A DNA stretch of 63,245 nt, filler included, from Folioceros fuciformis (lineage: Eukaryota), in NCBI GenBank assembly GCA_049999805.1. It is 10 parts of 10 records of this genome, joined end to end, with 100 filler letters (N's around TTAATTAATTAA, not from the genome) between each part and the next. Parts side by side here need not be neighbours in the genome. Positions count along the whole stretch, not along the records: positions 22,871 to 26,535 come from JBNGIO010001009.1; positions 26,636 to 33,189 come from JBNGIO010001011.1; positions 33,290 to 37,664 come from JBNGIO010001012.1; positions 37,765 to 47,926 come from JBNGIO010001014.1; 6 more parts are not named here. One strand, 5' to 3'. Shown in pieces: positions 25,421 through 37,969 of the stretch (position 1 is the stretch's first letter; each line of letters begins with the position of its first letter). Both the position numbers and the translations under genes were made by a program. Under the pieces are notes generated by a model. It searched no databases. It was not told the origin of the DNA and worked only from the letters and a program-made list of their open reading frames with translations.

Positions 25421-26635
25421 GGGAACTAGTGCTTATACTTCATTTTTGTTTTCATTTTTGTTTTTCGCCATTCCCCAGCGGAACTTCTCTTCAAAATCTG
25501 CAAATGACATGAGCCTTAGTAATAAATGGAGCCTAGCCATTCAGAGAGAGTGTAGGCTTGTCTGAAATTGTACGGGACGCACGTAGGCCTGCATGCGTGC
25601 TGCGGCATAAACGTCCCTTATTGTGTAATGTGGGAGTCTTTATTCCCTCTAAAACGGCCAATTTCTTTTGCCAAGGAAGGTTTGTACACATTGTTCAAAA
25701 GCAGTCAGGCGTCATCCCGATCGCATGAAGGACCTTGACTCGTAAGACATACCATGATCGATGTGTCCAATCAGTTGAGGTCGCTGCCATGGACACTGGA
25801 GGTCGGTGCCAGGGACTAGAGACAAACTTGTCAGCCTTATTCTATAAGATAGTCTCGTCACCATTGTTATTCGAGCATAGTTGCGTCCACCCGTCCCACA
25901 TCCTAGACACAACAACCCTTTATTGTACATTTTGTCACACCTGCGCACGGTCACTCTTCCCCGAAACATAGCAGCCAGGCGTTGTCGTCTCAGGTATGCG
26001 TTCACATACATATGTTGCTCAATGACCCGTGCATCGCCTTGCACGGATGCTCGTTCTTGTAGGGTGCCACGCATGCCCACCGGTAGCCAGTTTTCGCGCT
26101 CTGGCATTCAGCCAGATCGCACTCCAAGACGTCAAAGGTGACGAGCTCTGTTACAGTCGCATTGCACTGCCAACACGAGAATCTGATGTCCGCCATGCTT
26201 TGCGCACCAGGTCCTAAACCTCGGACCCATTGTACAAAGCCTCCTGAACCCGGCTTGGCACCGGCACTAGTGAGATCGTTCATTCTCAGCGATTCCACGA
26301 GCCCAATCGAGCTGTTCTGCAGCCCATCACAATGCCTCTGGGAGAGGCCAATCTGTTCGGCCTCCACCAGTTCGATAACCAAACCAGCTTTTTCTCCCAA
26401 GCTCTCTTTGCACAGGTATGGAAACCCCGGGGAAGGGGATGATCATCCTAGATCCAGATGCTGAATCATTTGGAACAAATTTGAACCAGTGAGGGTGAGG
26501 AATGTTTGTGGCAGGGGGTGGGATACGCGCTGCTGNNNNNNNNNNNNNNNNNNNNNNNNNNNNNNNNNNNNNNNNNNNNTTAATTAATTAANNNNNNNNN
26601 NNNNNNNNNNNNNNNNNNNNNNNNNNNNNNNNNNN

Positions 26636-29600
26636 ACCACTACCCTCCAATCCAGACCCTAGTTCTGCACCATATCGTTGGTGATCGCAGACTGCCAATG
26701 GATCGTTCCCCACGCCAGCAGAAGTCTTCCAAAGAGCCCTATTGCCTCCCCTTATCCCTTCTAGCAACATAAACGTTTTCCCTTCCGGGAAGGTGATATC
26801 CAATGACATGCGTTTAACAACTTTGTGCAACGCCTTCCTTGCCTTGGCCACGGTGATTTGATCTTGTCGTTTATGTCATGATACCATATCTTCCGAGACA
26901 CGCGTCCTCTTCCCAACTACCACCTCCAAGCCCCTCTGCTCTCTTGTGGTCAAGACAGAAGTTGACACTGTTTTCCAGGCAGTGGGGATGTAAATCGGCT
27001 CTGCATCAGGCTCTACAGATCCGGCAGGGCCGGGGTCCCTACCAAGCCCTGGAGGCTGCTGGCCCGGAGTTGACAAGCTGTAAAGTGTTGGGCCCCCCCA
27101 CGTTGAGATGAGAGACTAAAGCCCATAAAACCCCTTGGAAGACACTCTACCCACTTCCTCCTCGGCAGCTTGAGGTGGAGTGCTAGATCCTGACCCCTGG
27201 TTTGAGCTCACAGGAGCCACACCCTCACAATTCATCTGAGGGGGCAATACCGTCAGCTCATCGAAAAATGCGCTGGAACCTGGGGTATACCCCGAAAGTG
27301 CGGTTAGTATTCCTTTAGAACCAGTAGCCAGGGGCGTCGTTGCCCATTCAGCTACCCGAGAAGTTTCGAACTGACCGCCCATCTCCACAGGAGCTTCCAT
27401 TTGCTCATGGGTAAAATCATCCAACGGCCGACCCACACTGGCTGCCCCAAGCCCGGGGGCAGACAACGCCTTTTTGCCAGCGGCAGGTGGGGAAGCTGCA
27501 AAGCTCACGATCCCATCCTGCGTGCCCTCTGCCTGGCAGAGACCATCGTTGGAGACCATCCGTTCTCCCGACTCCCTCTGGCCTACCCCACCATACTCTG
27601 TAGCGCGATCCACCCACTTCTCGCCATCTGCCCTAGCATCGGCGCCTACCTCAGGCCTAGCCAGAAACCTCTCGCTATGGGTGCTATTAGACAACAGATC
27701 GAATTTCTCCCAAGCCCAATGCTCGTCTAGGGGTGGGGAAGCTTCGTCCTGCATGTTTTTCATAGGGGGATCCAAAGTCACCTCCTGTCTTCGGGGTCCG
27801 TCGGTATGCTGGATCCCCAGCACGACGGCACCGCTCTTCATAGATACCTCAACCCCCCAGTTCATCGTAGAGGGAAGAGCAAGCGGCACCTCCTCCCACC
27901 TCAATTCCCCTGCCTCCGTAGGATTTCTATTGTCGCGTTCACGCGAGTTGTAGCTACCTAATGCCTTAGGGGAAAAAAGCAGATGGCGCACATGTGGAGC
28001 GCTCACCAAGTTGTTCCTCCCTGTCTCAGTGTTAGGATCCCACGCAGGAGGCTCCACCGACACTTCTTTCTCTTCCCCACCAAGCTGCAAGGATGAGAAG
28101 CCAGACCCCGCTATCAGGCTACCAGTTTGTAGATTCTTCCCGTCCTGAGCCAGGAGAACCTCCTGAGACGAAGGGCCTGACCTGCTCTCCTCACCCGGCC
28201 ATGCCCTACCGCCTCTTGCTTGAGCAACCCATCCCCTTGCTGTTGAAACAGATAAGCCCCCTTCAGGCTGCCTGCCCGTCACCTCAGGACCCGTCATTAA
28301 CATAGCTGCCGGATTCTCCACCTATCGATCCACGATCGCTTCCCGAGGAGTTGCCCCAAAGACTGTCTTCTGACAGGAGGCAGGCTCCAAAGCAGCCGGT
28401 CTCGTTGCACCATCTTGGGCAAACTCTACCTGAACATTCCCATCGCTGAGAATCGGCTGCGCTCCAGCCTCTCCCAGCTCAGACTGTCTACCTCCTGCCA
28501 CACCACTTGGTTGCCACCCTGAATCAGTTCTACCTTCGACAGCCACCTTGCTCAGCTGAGCAACTCCATGAGGCTTGTCCCACCCCTCCTCAACACCTTG
28601 GTGGTCCTGCCCGAGAGGAGACTATTGAGACCTCCCTGAGGGTTCCAAGCCCTTGATTCCTGCACCTAGCTGCTGGACTTGTGCAAGAGGAGACCCCGGC
28701 AGCTGGCAGCTACCTATGCCTGTCTTCAGCAATGCAGAGGGGATGCTCTTGAGCAGCCCTATAGGCCCGCGTCTTGGATCACACGTCGCCATCTCGCCTA
28801 CCAACCCAACACGCATGTTGTCTGCTGGTTTCTGCTGAGCAGCAGTGACACCCTGCCCTGAGCTAGCCCTTGTCACCAACCAGAGGTTGAGCTCAGCCTC
28901 GACACACGGCCTCGAGGAAAATCCATCCTGCTCTTGTTGAGCCAGGTTTTTCTGTGGACCCGAGGCCCGCTTGGCCTCGCCAAACTCCTTGAGCTGCACA
29001 CCTCTTCCATTGCCTGAGGTAGCTTCTCCCCCAACAGGATTATGGGGGCCTTCCTGTTCCAAGGCCGAGGCTTTAAGCCGATCCACGAGGTGTTCATCAC
29101 CTTCAGCCATAGAACCCCATTGCCCGTTACACCCACTGTTGCCCCCAAACCCAGGCACAGCCCTGTTTCTTCCACCCTCAGGCTTTTCTTTCGCAGAAGG
29201 AGAGTATGTAACACCACCAGGTGGCCCAGCCCCCAACACGCCAGTCACCACATCAGGGATGTGGTGAACCAAAGGTTGCCCAGGGGGGAGGACAACCTGT
29301 TTGGGGTCAGGTTCCCCCTGCTCCTCCCGAGACAGGGCATGCCCAAGTCCCTCTCGCTCGTCTCCCTGTTGAGAAGCAATCGGCTCCTGGCCTTCCTCAT
29401 TAAGAGTAGTATATCCACTTTTCGCCCCATCTCCAACTTTGGCGCTCGTCCTATCCTAATCTGAGAGCTCCCCTGGCCATTCTAAACTGCAGCTACCAAG
29501 CACTCTGGTCACGTCCTCACCGCAAGGAAAGTCACCCGGCTATAAGGTCCTTGAGGGCTGACGACTTTCTGTCTAGCTCCTTACACATTAAAGGATAACC

Positions 29601-32112
29601 TAGCTTCTTTCCCGACCGTTTCCTTTGTCGTCCACACTCTGCATGGATGTGAGGCACACCTTTGGAAGCGTCAACCAGGAGCCCATTAGTCACAGTACTT
29701 GAAGGGCGGTGCATCGAGATCAGAGCATAAGGGACATCCTTCTTTATGGGGTCGTTCTCCCGTTGTTCCCTTTGGTAAGGACTACTATCCCGACCCTCTT
29801 GCTTCTCACCCTATTGAGCGTACATCCATTCCTTGCCCTCCTCGTCCCCGCTACCATCCTTGGGCTTTTTCTTATCCAGGCTTGCACGCTCCTCTGTCAT
29901 CACCGAAAAACAGCAAGTCTGGTCATTAGACACCGCTTCCCGGCAAGGAGTGCTCTCAGCTCCCAGGTTGATGCTCATGGAAGGTGCCTTGTCCTGCAGG
30001 TTATCCAGCTGAGGTTCCCCTGGCTTCCTCCCCTTCCTTGGCCTTGCTTCTTTACTGACCTTCCGACTCGGAGCCTGAGTAGATCTCCCTGACTCTTCCA
30101 TCCCTTTGTCACCTACACCAGAACGCTGCTTTTGCCCAAACGGTGACCCGAGCTGCTGAACACTGCCTAAGACTGCCTTCGGCGGTGAGCTAAGCGTGAT
30201 TTTAAGCTCCCCTGTCGCCCCGCAGCCTGGACCACTAAGCCTCTGCCCTCATGTCAACCCATGGCCTAAGTCTTCTACGGGTCTTTGCTGAGAAAGGTAT
30301 TCGCCTTGCAACATCTTGGCTCCTACCGGCAACCTCAGTACGGGTGCAGTGTCAGGACTAGGCTCTGAGACAACCTTCGTCTGCTCCTACTTGTTTACCT
30401 CTCCTTGAGTACCCAAGTGGTGGAGGGTTCCATCTTCTCTAGTCTCAACGTCCATCGGCACAGCTCTGTCCACCTCCAAATCCTCCTTCCATCTCAGCTC
30501 CCACTCCCTTGGCAACTTGATCGTGATCGGCGAAGTGAGCAAACCTAAGAATCCGAGGTGAGCTTTGGCCACAACTCTGGTAGCAAGGGTGACCCTACCT
30601 TTGCCAAACTTAGCGTCTCTGACAAAAGCAAGCATCTTTGTCTCCCCCAGCCATTGTGCCTGGTTAGAGCTCGGGATCAGACACTCCTTTCCCAAGTCAA
30701 ATATCGTGTTGAAATACATAATCACCGAGGATCCTTCTAGCCGATGATAGACAACACTGAACCTAGCCTCCTTCGACAGCTTGTTGGCATACTCTACGTT
30801 GACACCCAAGCCCTCCTGCACCACGCTCCTGGCCCTCTTCCCCACTGTCTCCCACACCAAATCCAATCGGGCACCATCTGTGCCGCCTAGCTGAAGTGCC
30901 CGAGTGGGAAACGTGTGCATCTCCTCCCCTCTCGGCATCCAGTAGAAGAATGTGTTCTCCACCTTCTTCCGCAAGATAACCCAAGCCTTCACTTGGAGAA
31001 CAATAGTGCCAGCAAACCTCGGGAAGGCCATAACCTGAATTCGGCAGGCCCAGCGTTGCACTGCCAGGCTTGCCCTCCATGGCTTTTCTGGGCACCTTGA
31101 AACCCCAGTAGGGGTACAGATTGGGTCTGCTCAGAGTTGCCGTTTTTTCTTTCTGCTCTTGAGCAGAACAGGCACTCTTGCTTAATATGGTTAGAAAGAC
31201 CACAAATACCGCACTTGACAGGAAGCCCTAGGTAATCGAAAAGCTTGGTGTAGTTCTTTGACGACTCAACCGGATCTCGAACAACCACCCCAGCGGGCAA
31301 GAAAGTAAGGCTAACTATCCTCACACCGAAGCGGCCAGGCTTGCTTCTGTCGAAAAACGGGAGTCCACCTACGGGACCTCAACCACCCAGCCAATTGTTT
31401 CCAACATCTTGTCTATCAACGGGATGAGCTGCATCGGTAGGGTAGGCAACCTCACCTAGATAAAGTGCCTTTTGATATGAGATTGCATGATTGTGCTACC
31501 GGGAGACCACGCCTCGATCATCACCGGGGTTGTGCCTTTGAAGGGAAGCGTTGTCTACAAGAGAGCAAGAGCACCAGCTGCTTCATCGCACTTGACCTGA
31601 AAGGATCCATCTTCTGTCAAGAAGACATAGGCGGGAGGACACCCTATGACCTGAGTTACCCCTGCCTCAAAATCGCCCACAGAGGGCAGCCCACCTGTAG
31701 CGAGCCTCCCCACCACCAAGCTACCTACCCGACAGCCTGACCTCAAACTGTTGAAAAAAAACGCAAAACGCTCATCGGTAAGGAGGTCAGCCAAAGGACC
31801 AAGCTGTATGCTGGGCCCCTCAGTTGCTAGGGCCGATTTCGTCACTATACTTGTGCCCTCTGTTGTCCTTCCCCAAGTGGTGACCTTCCCGGGAGTCCGT
31901 ACTTGAGCCTCCCGCTTAGATACTGCTTTCTTGCGCCTAAGCACCTCCGTATTAGGTGCATGCGAACTTGTGTTAGGATTCCGCCCATTGTGCCCGTTTG
32001 TACCCATGTCGGCCATTTGTGCCCATGAGTGGACTGTCAAGCCCCCAGGTAGGGGGCTCGATGCATCCATCAGACCGTCACGCCTCAACCTCCCATCGCC
32101 CTGTTTCCGCAA
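26636..32112 (-). mobile_element. L1-type non-LTR retrotransposon ORF1 remnant (DUF4283-like + CCHC knuckle + long low-complexity tail)
   Basis: SLVVGRL...GSFQV...IEAWSP...(W/stop)VRLPTLP...FDYLGLPVKCGICGLSNHIKQEC is the plant L1 ORF1 signature. It is followed by collinear, intronless minus-strand ORF fragments down to the linker. Confidence 0.7.
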
Positions 32113-33289
32113 GAGTCACTAGCCTCTCCCCAACCCGGCTATTGTTGCCAATCAACTGAAGACTATTGTCACTGAGTTGCTCTTGGTAATGGGTCCATAC
32201 TCTACTATGTTCCCTTTTGATAAAATGGTGCAAGATTTTTTACTCAAGTCTATGGATGTGGATTTATCAAATGAGTCCCTACTACGTAAGTTTTATAAAG
32301 CGTGGGGTCCAACAAGGGAGAACGGGGGCCTGAAGAAGATGGTTTGTACAAACATATGTGATCGGGGAGAGGGAGCTATACTAAGATATTTATTGAATTT
32401 CAAGTTCAGCTTTCCTAATCTTCATTTCTTTTGCGACCTAAAGTTGTATCAATTCTTGCAGGTTGCCAGAGCTCATTTGTATGAGCTCTTAGGCTTACCA
32501 AAGCCAGGATTGGATGTCACGCAGAGAAGCTAGAGTCTTGGTTTGAAAATTTTCTTCCTATACGTGGTAAGTGAAACATCCATGAATTATTTTCATATAC
32601 TATATCTAATTATATAGTTCTGACTAAGTGCTTAAACTCTTGCAGTTGGAATATGCAATGGATGGAAAAATAATGGAAGCTCCTAAGATGCATGAGCATC
32701 TCTTGGGCATGAAGAAGGGAGATTTTTGAGGATGCTTGTTTGTAAGTATGTAATAGTTACAAAAACGCGGATCCTTACACTCTCTTCCTACTTATGGTTG
32801 TCTTTTCCTCATTTCGTGGTCTTATTTGCGGAGAAGATTGCTAGGTTTTATACTATGAGTGTTTCTTATTAGGCATTTGAGATGATGTACACTTTTATTC
32901 GTTTATGCATATAGATTTCTTTAATATTTTTCAAACATATTTTTGATATAATAATATGATATAAATAAATAATATTTTATTATATAATTAATTTTTATTT
33001 AATATTATATTTTTAATAATATAGTATATAATGACTGTATTTAAATTATTTATTTTATAGGAAATTTTATTGAATAAGAATAGACACTTCATTGAAATGT
33101 ATATAACTTCAATATTTCATCAATACAAATAATGTACTTTCATAAGGGACTACGTGTAGTCTCTTAAGCGTTTTTTAACCTAGATGTACNNNNNNNNNNN
33201 NNNNNNNNNNNNNNNNNNNNNNNNNNNNNNNNNTTAATTAATTAANNNNNNNNNNNNNNNNNNNNNNNNNNNNNNNNNNNNNNNNNNNN

Positions 33290-36200
33290 CGCGTATAAGC
33301 ATACCTCAGCTGGTCCCGATGCTGGGCCACAGCCAAATTATCCATAGCCATGGGAAGAATTCTTTGAAATACTTCTGCTCTGGCTTGAACCTGTGCCAAG
33401 CACACATTTGCATCTTTGCTCCAGTCAACAGGGATGGAGTAGGTGTCCTTCACCACATTCGGCAACACTGCGTTGCGTCCGAATAACAAAAAGTATGGAC
33501 TGAAACTTCCAAGAGCTGCCTGCACACTGACCCTGTACCCCAACACGATGTAAGGGAGCAATTCATCCCAACACTTGGGCTCCATAGTAATGCATTATTT
33601 CCTTAGTGCATCCTTGAAGGTCTGCACTAGCCTTTCTGCCAGGCCATCGGCCTGTGGATGATCCCTCGATGTCCTCCTGTGATCAATGAGACTCCTGTCG
33701 AGCAAGGTCTGGAATTCACCTCGAAACTCGTTACCCTGGTCTGTGAGCACTTCCGCGCAGCTCCCAAATCGGCTGAGCACACACTGCAGAAACGCTCTGC
33801 TAGTGTAGTGTGAAGTTCTCTGTGGCAAGAACGCTACTTCAACCCACTTAGAGAAATGCTCAATCATGACCATGCAATGTCGGTTACCTTGCTTTGTGAG
33901 GGGAAGCTCTGGCATAAGGTCAACCGACCATCTAAAGAATAGCCCCCTGATTGGTAGGGAGTGCAACACCACATCCTGGGTGTTAAATCGGGCTTTGACT
34001 GCATCACATGCAGCACACTTAGCAACCACCTTCTCGACATCTGCATACATCCCTGACCAGAAATACGTGCTTTTCAGCATGTGGTGTGTCCTCTTCACAC
34101 CAAAGTGGCCAAGGGTTTCGTGCACCTTGGTCACTATGCCCACTCTTTCCTCATGACTTGGTACTTTCCTCACGAGTTCTCCTTCTAACAGTAGCAGCTC
34201 ACCATTTTTCCATGAGTATCTGGCCACGCGCCTTCTGAGTTTAGCCAAGCCTGCTTCAGTCATTCCAGGCACTGTGCCTTCCTTCAGCAACTGTAGGGCT
34301 TGAGGATGTCTCCAAACATCCCTGACGGACTCTGTCAACACATGTCCTTCTTCATGCTCACCTGTCCTGGCCATGAGTGCCATGAAGCTGCTGGGTGCAC
34401 CATCTACGTGCCCCTCGTCCTGTCGAGCTCCTGTGACATCCTTGTCACTGTCCAACGGATTTCTGCTTAGCCCATCTGCATTGTGATGTACCTTGCCTGC
34501 CCTGTGCACGATCTCCATATCGTACTCAGATAGTAGCAGTGCCCATCTGGCTAGCTTACCACTTAACTTCATGTTGGTCATCAGCCAATGAAGTGGCTGG
34601 TGATCTGTGACCAGTTGAAAACGCCTTCCATACAGATAGACCCTGAAATGCAGAACTGCCCATACCGCAGCAAGACACTCTCCCTCATATGAGGAGTAGT
34701 TCACTTCAGCGGAGTTGTTAGATCGGCTTGCATAAGCTATCACTCGCTCAACACCATCTGCATCATGTTGTGACAACACTGCTCCAATCCCCGCAGTGCT
34801 CTAGTCTGTGTACAGAGTGAAAGGGTGATCAAAATTTGGCCTGGCCAACATAGGCTTTTCTGCCAACTGGTCCCGAAGATCTTGCCAAGCCAACTCCTGG
34901 TTTTGGTTCCATTTCCACACAATGTCTTTCTTCAACAGCTCATACAGAGGTTTACACGTGGAACTGAGATCCTTCATAAATCTCCTGTAATAGTTCACCA
35001 AACCCAGGAAGGCTCTAAGAGCGGCTACATCCTTTGGTCTAGGCATTTGCATCACGGCCTGCACCTTAGCCAGCTGAGGCATGATGCCTCCTGGTACTAT
35101 CTCATGCCCCAGATACTCGATCTGCTGGAAAGCAAACTTGCATTTCTTAGGATGAGCTTTCAAACCCGAGCTTGACAGCCTCTGTAGCAATATCTCTAGA
35201 TGCTCCATATGTTCTTCGATTGTCTCACTGAAGACCAGGATATCATCTATGTAGCAACGCACAAATGGCAGCCCCTGCAGCTCCAGATCTGCAATTCTTT
35301 GGAAATATATGGAAGCATTCTTCAGCCCAAACGGCATCGTCTCCCATTCCCAAAGCTGGTCCTTCCCCCAGAAGGCTGTCTTGCACTTGTCCTGCTCTTC
35401 AATCACAATTTGGTTGAAGCCTGAGCGGAAGTCCAAACTGGTAAAGAATTTTGCCTTACCTATGGCATCGAAAATCTCGTCTGGAGTAGGCATGGGGTAC
35501 CGTTCCATAGGAGTCACCTCGTTTAGAGGTCGGTAGTCGCCACACATCCTCCTGTCCTTCCATTCACCGTTCTCATCCTTTTTGAGCGGTAGGACAGTCA
35601 CAGCAGCATATTGAGAGCTTGATTTTCGTATCAACCCCGCTTCGAACAACTCTTGACAGCGTTTGTCAACAATCGCCCATTCTGCTGAACTGAGGCGGTG
35701 CCTCCTTCTGAAGACGGGCTCTTCATGAGTCGTCACTACTTTGAACTTGATCTTCTCATACCTGCCCAGCTCCTTCCAACTGAATGCAAAAGCACCCTTG
35801 TTTTTCTCAAGCATGTCGATGATTTTCTGCTTATCTTCCGGGCTCACATCTTCTGCAATGTGCCATACATGAACCTCTTTCGTCACACTCTTGGTGGACA
35901 GTTCAGTATCCACAGCGGCCATGCTGAATCTCTCCCGCAGCAGCTCGTCTTCCTCTGCCTTAGGAACCTCTTTATCCTGCAGTAGTTGGAGGAAAGGCCT
36001 TCGCTTCCCTTTGGCTTCTGCAAGTTGGAACGCCAAGCCTGTGCTTACCAGCCACCTTAGACTGTACAAGTCAAATGCCTGTCCGAGCATCCTGCACCTT
36101 GCAGATTTTGTGATGCCCATGGTCTGAGTGTCCTTCTTGGCAAAGCCCATCGCTTGCTCGCGTTCCTCAACATTGAGCTCTCCAAGCTCATTCCCTTTCA

Positions 36201-37664
36201 AATTCAGAATCACACCATCTCCTCCTGGTCTGAAGGCATAAGATTGCGGTGTGCTCACCAGAGTTGGCCATGCCCTTCTGGATTCCCCTACTCGATTCAC
36301 AGGGTAAAATGGCAACTTGTCCATCCTCTTCACCTGTTGTGAGCACCTTCCCAACTCTAGGATATCATCCACAACCTTCCGATTCGGAGTTGTCAAATTC
36401 CTGTGCTGTCTGAGCACCTCCAGTCCAGCCACATTTGTCCAGTAACTGCGAAGCCTGTGTGCATATGAGCCACACTGCACCGCGTCCATGATCAGCTCAT
36501 TGCCGAACCACGCCCGAATCTCTTCATACAGGGCCCTAACAGCTGGACGTTTGTCCATGGCTGCACACACATTCTCCAGAATGTACCAACATCGTGGATT
36601 CGCAATCTGGACTTCTCGCGTGATTCGTGCGAGCTCAGCAGCCAACGAAACGCCTTCACCGTTGCCTCTGCCTGCTGTCGAAAATGTCTTGCATTCCCAT
36701 CCCGCGATCAGCATATCCACTGGGCTTGACAAGGCTTGTAGCTGCCGCTTCCCAACCAGGTTCACGTCTGTGGGCAGCCTGCTCTGACAGCCTCGAACTG
36801 CTTCCTCGCTCAGTAGTGTTGGATACTGTTTGCAGAACCTGAGGATTCGACCCCTAGCGACAGCTCGAATCTTCTCATCCTTCTCCACGCAGGTATATTG
36901 CCGTATCTTGATGCCACACTGCAACACCGCTTCCAGGCCACTGCTGATTCCCGAGCAGAGCTCCAACAAATGGATGCCTTGAGCGCCCACCTTCCATCGT
37001 ACTAGAGCATCGTCGATGCGTCGATCTCCCGACTTGGCAGGCCCCATACCTGGGATCGACCTCTCAGGACATGTGTCTGTGAGATTCCACGGTCGATCCT
37101 CCTTCCTTCGCTGGTTCTCTCGAACCCTCGCTTGATCCAAATATTCTGAGCGCACCACCTTAAGCACACCCTTCTGCTCTCTTGGCTTTGGCATCTCCAG
37201 AGAGGATAACTCCTGCGTTTCCTCCCACATCTCATGTCGATGTTCACTCTGAGCACTGTGGGCAATCATGGTGCTGCATGTCATCCTCGTCCTGCTCTTG
37301 CCACCACTCCTATTCATCCTTAGAGGAATTCGTGCAACATGCGTGAAATCTCCTCTCCACCAGAATGGTCTGTAGAAAGCTTCAGCGTGCAAGGGATCAA
37401 CCCCCATGGCAGGACGGTGAGTTCCGTCCGACCCCAGCAAGACATCATATGTCTTCGCACTGGTGACCAAACATCTCACTTCAACGATGCTGGCATCCTT
37501 CGTGCCAGGCTTCAATTCAATCTTCACGGGCCTCCTCGTCATTCCCAGTACCTGTTCCTTGGTACCTGCAGAGGTGGTGATGTTCACGTCGCTCGGAACG
37601 AGCTTGTGTCCGTACAGCTTTAGTGCCTCCTGCACCCGTGCTCCCAGCAGTACCGGATCCGCTC
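33290..37664 (-). mobile_element. Ty3/Gypsy LTR retrotransposon pol with domain order PR-DNMT-RT-RNaseH-INT; truncated at both ends by linkers
   Basis: One reading frame broken only by in-frame stops at 34801-34803 and 33595-33597. Protease C-half (YDVLLGSD), RT (RMCGDYRPLN, LDFRSGFNQI, MPFGLKNA, YIDD, YLGH, FLGLVNYYRRF), RNase H (YTD*S, SYEGECLAAVWA, TDH), integrase (H..LGH...CAAC, SVDL, LTDQG, GLAER). RT-RH-INT order is Gypsy. Confidence 0.95.
36045..36975 (-). CDS. C5 cytosine DNA methyltransferase domain (DNMT3/DRM-like) embedded in the Gypsy pol
   Basis: Motifs in canonical order: I (LLELCSGISSG), II (CVEKD), III (TDV), IV (DMLIAGWECKTFS, Cys codon 36691-36693), VI (YILENV), VIII (AHRLRSYWTN), PTL, IX (LNVEEREQAMGF), X (RCRMLGQAF). 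No stops within the domain. Confidence 0.88.
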
Positions 37665-37969
37665 NNNNNNNNNNNNNNNNNNNNNNNNNNNNNNNNNNNN
37701 NNNNNNNNTTAATTAATTAANNNNNNNNNNNNNNNNNNNNNNNNNNNNNNNNNNNNNNNNNNNNCACACGTAGGTGTGGACGACGCAAACGCGGGCCAGC
37801 CAGGATCCCGATCGCGAGGCCGCCAGATTTCGATCAGAGGATTTAAGCCCGTCGAGTTAGCTTGTGGAAACCCAATTCGGAACGAGGTGTGAGTGTAACT
37901 ATCAACATCTACATTATATTCCGACCGTTTCTAACTAGCCTTTTGCTTGATTTGCATCGATTTTGAATC

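Noticed and set aside
26186..26415. Possible first exon of a gene (MSAMLCAPGP...SLHR followed by GTATGG)
   Set aside because: No recognisable domain and cut off by a linker; cannot be supported.
32177..33189. 118-aa ORF and very AT-rich tract
   Set aside because: No motifs; looks like non-coding repeat-derived or low-complexity sequence.
34801..34803. Programmed stop-codon readthrough between RT and RNase H
   Set aside because: The stop sits inside the first RNase H catalytic motif, where a single transition from TGG explains it. Known retroelement readthrough occurs at gag-pol or pol-env junctions.
36045..36975. Methyltransferase as a bacterial restriction-modification gene or contaminant, or as a host DRM/CMT gene
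   Set aside because: It is in frame within a retrotransposon pol, lacks introns and UBA/chromo/BAH domains, has unpermuted motif order, and has no neighbouring endonuclease.
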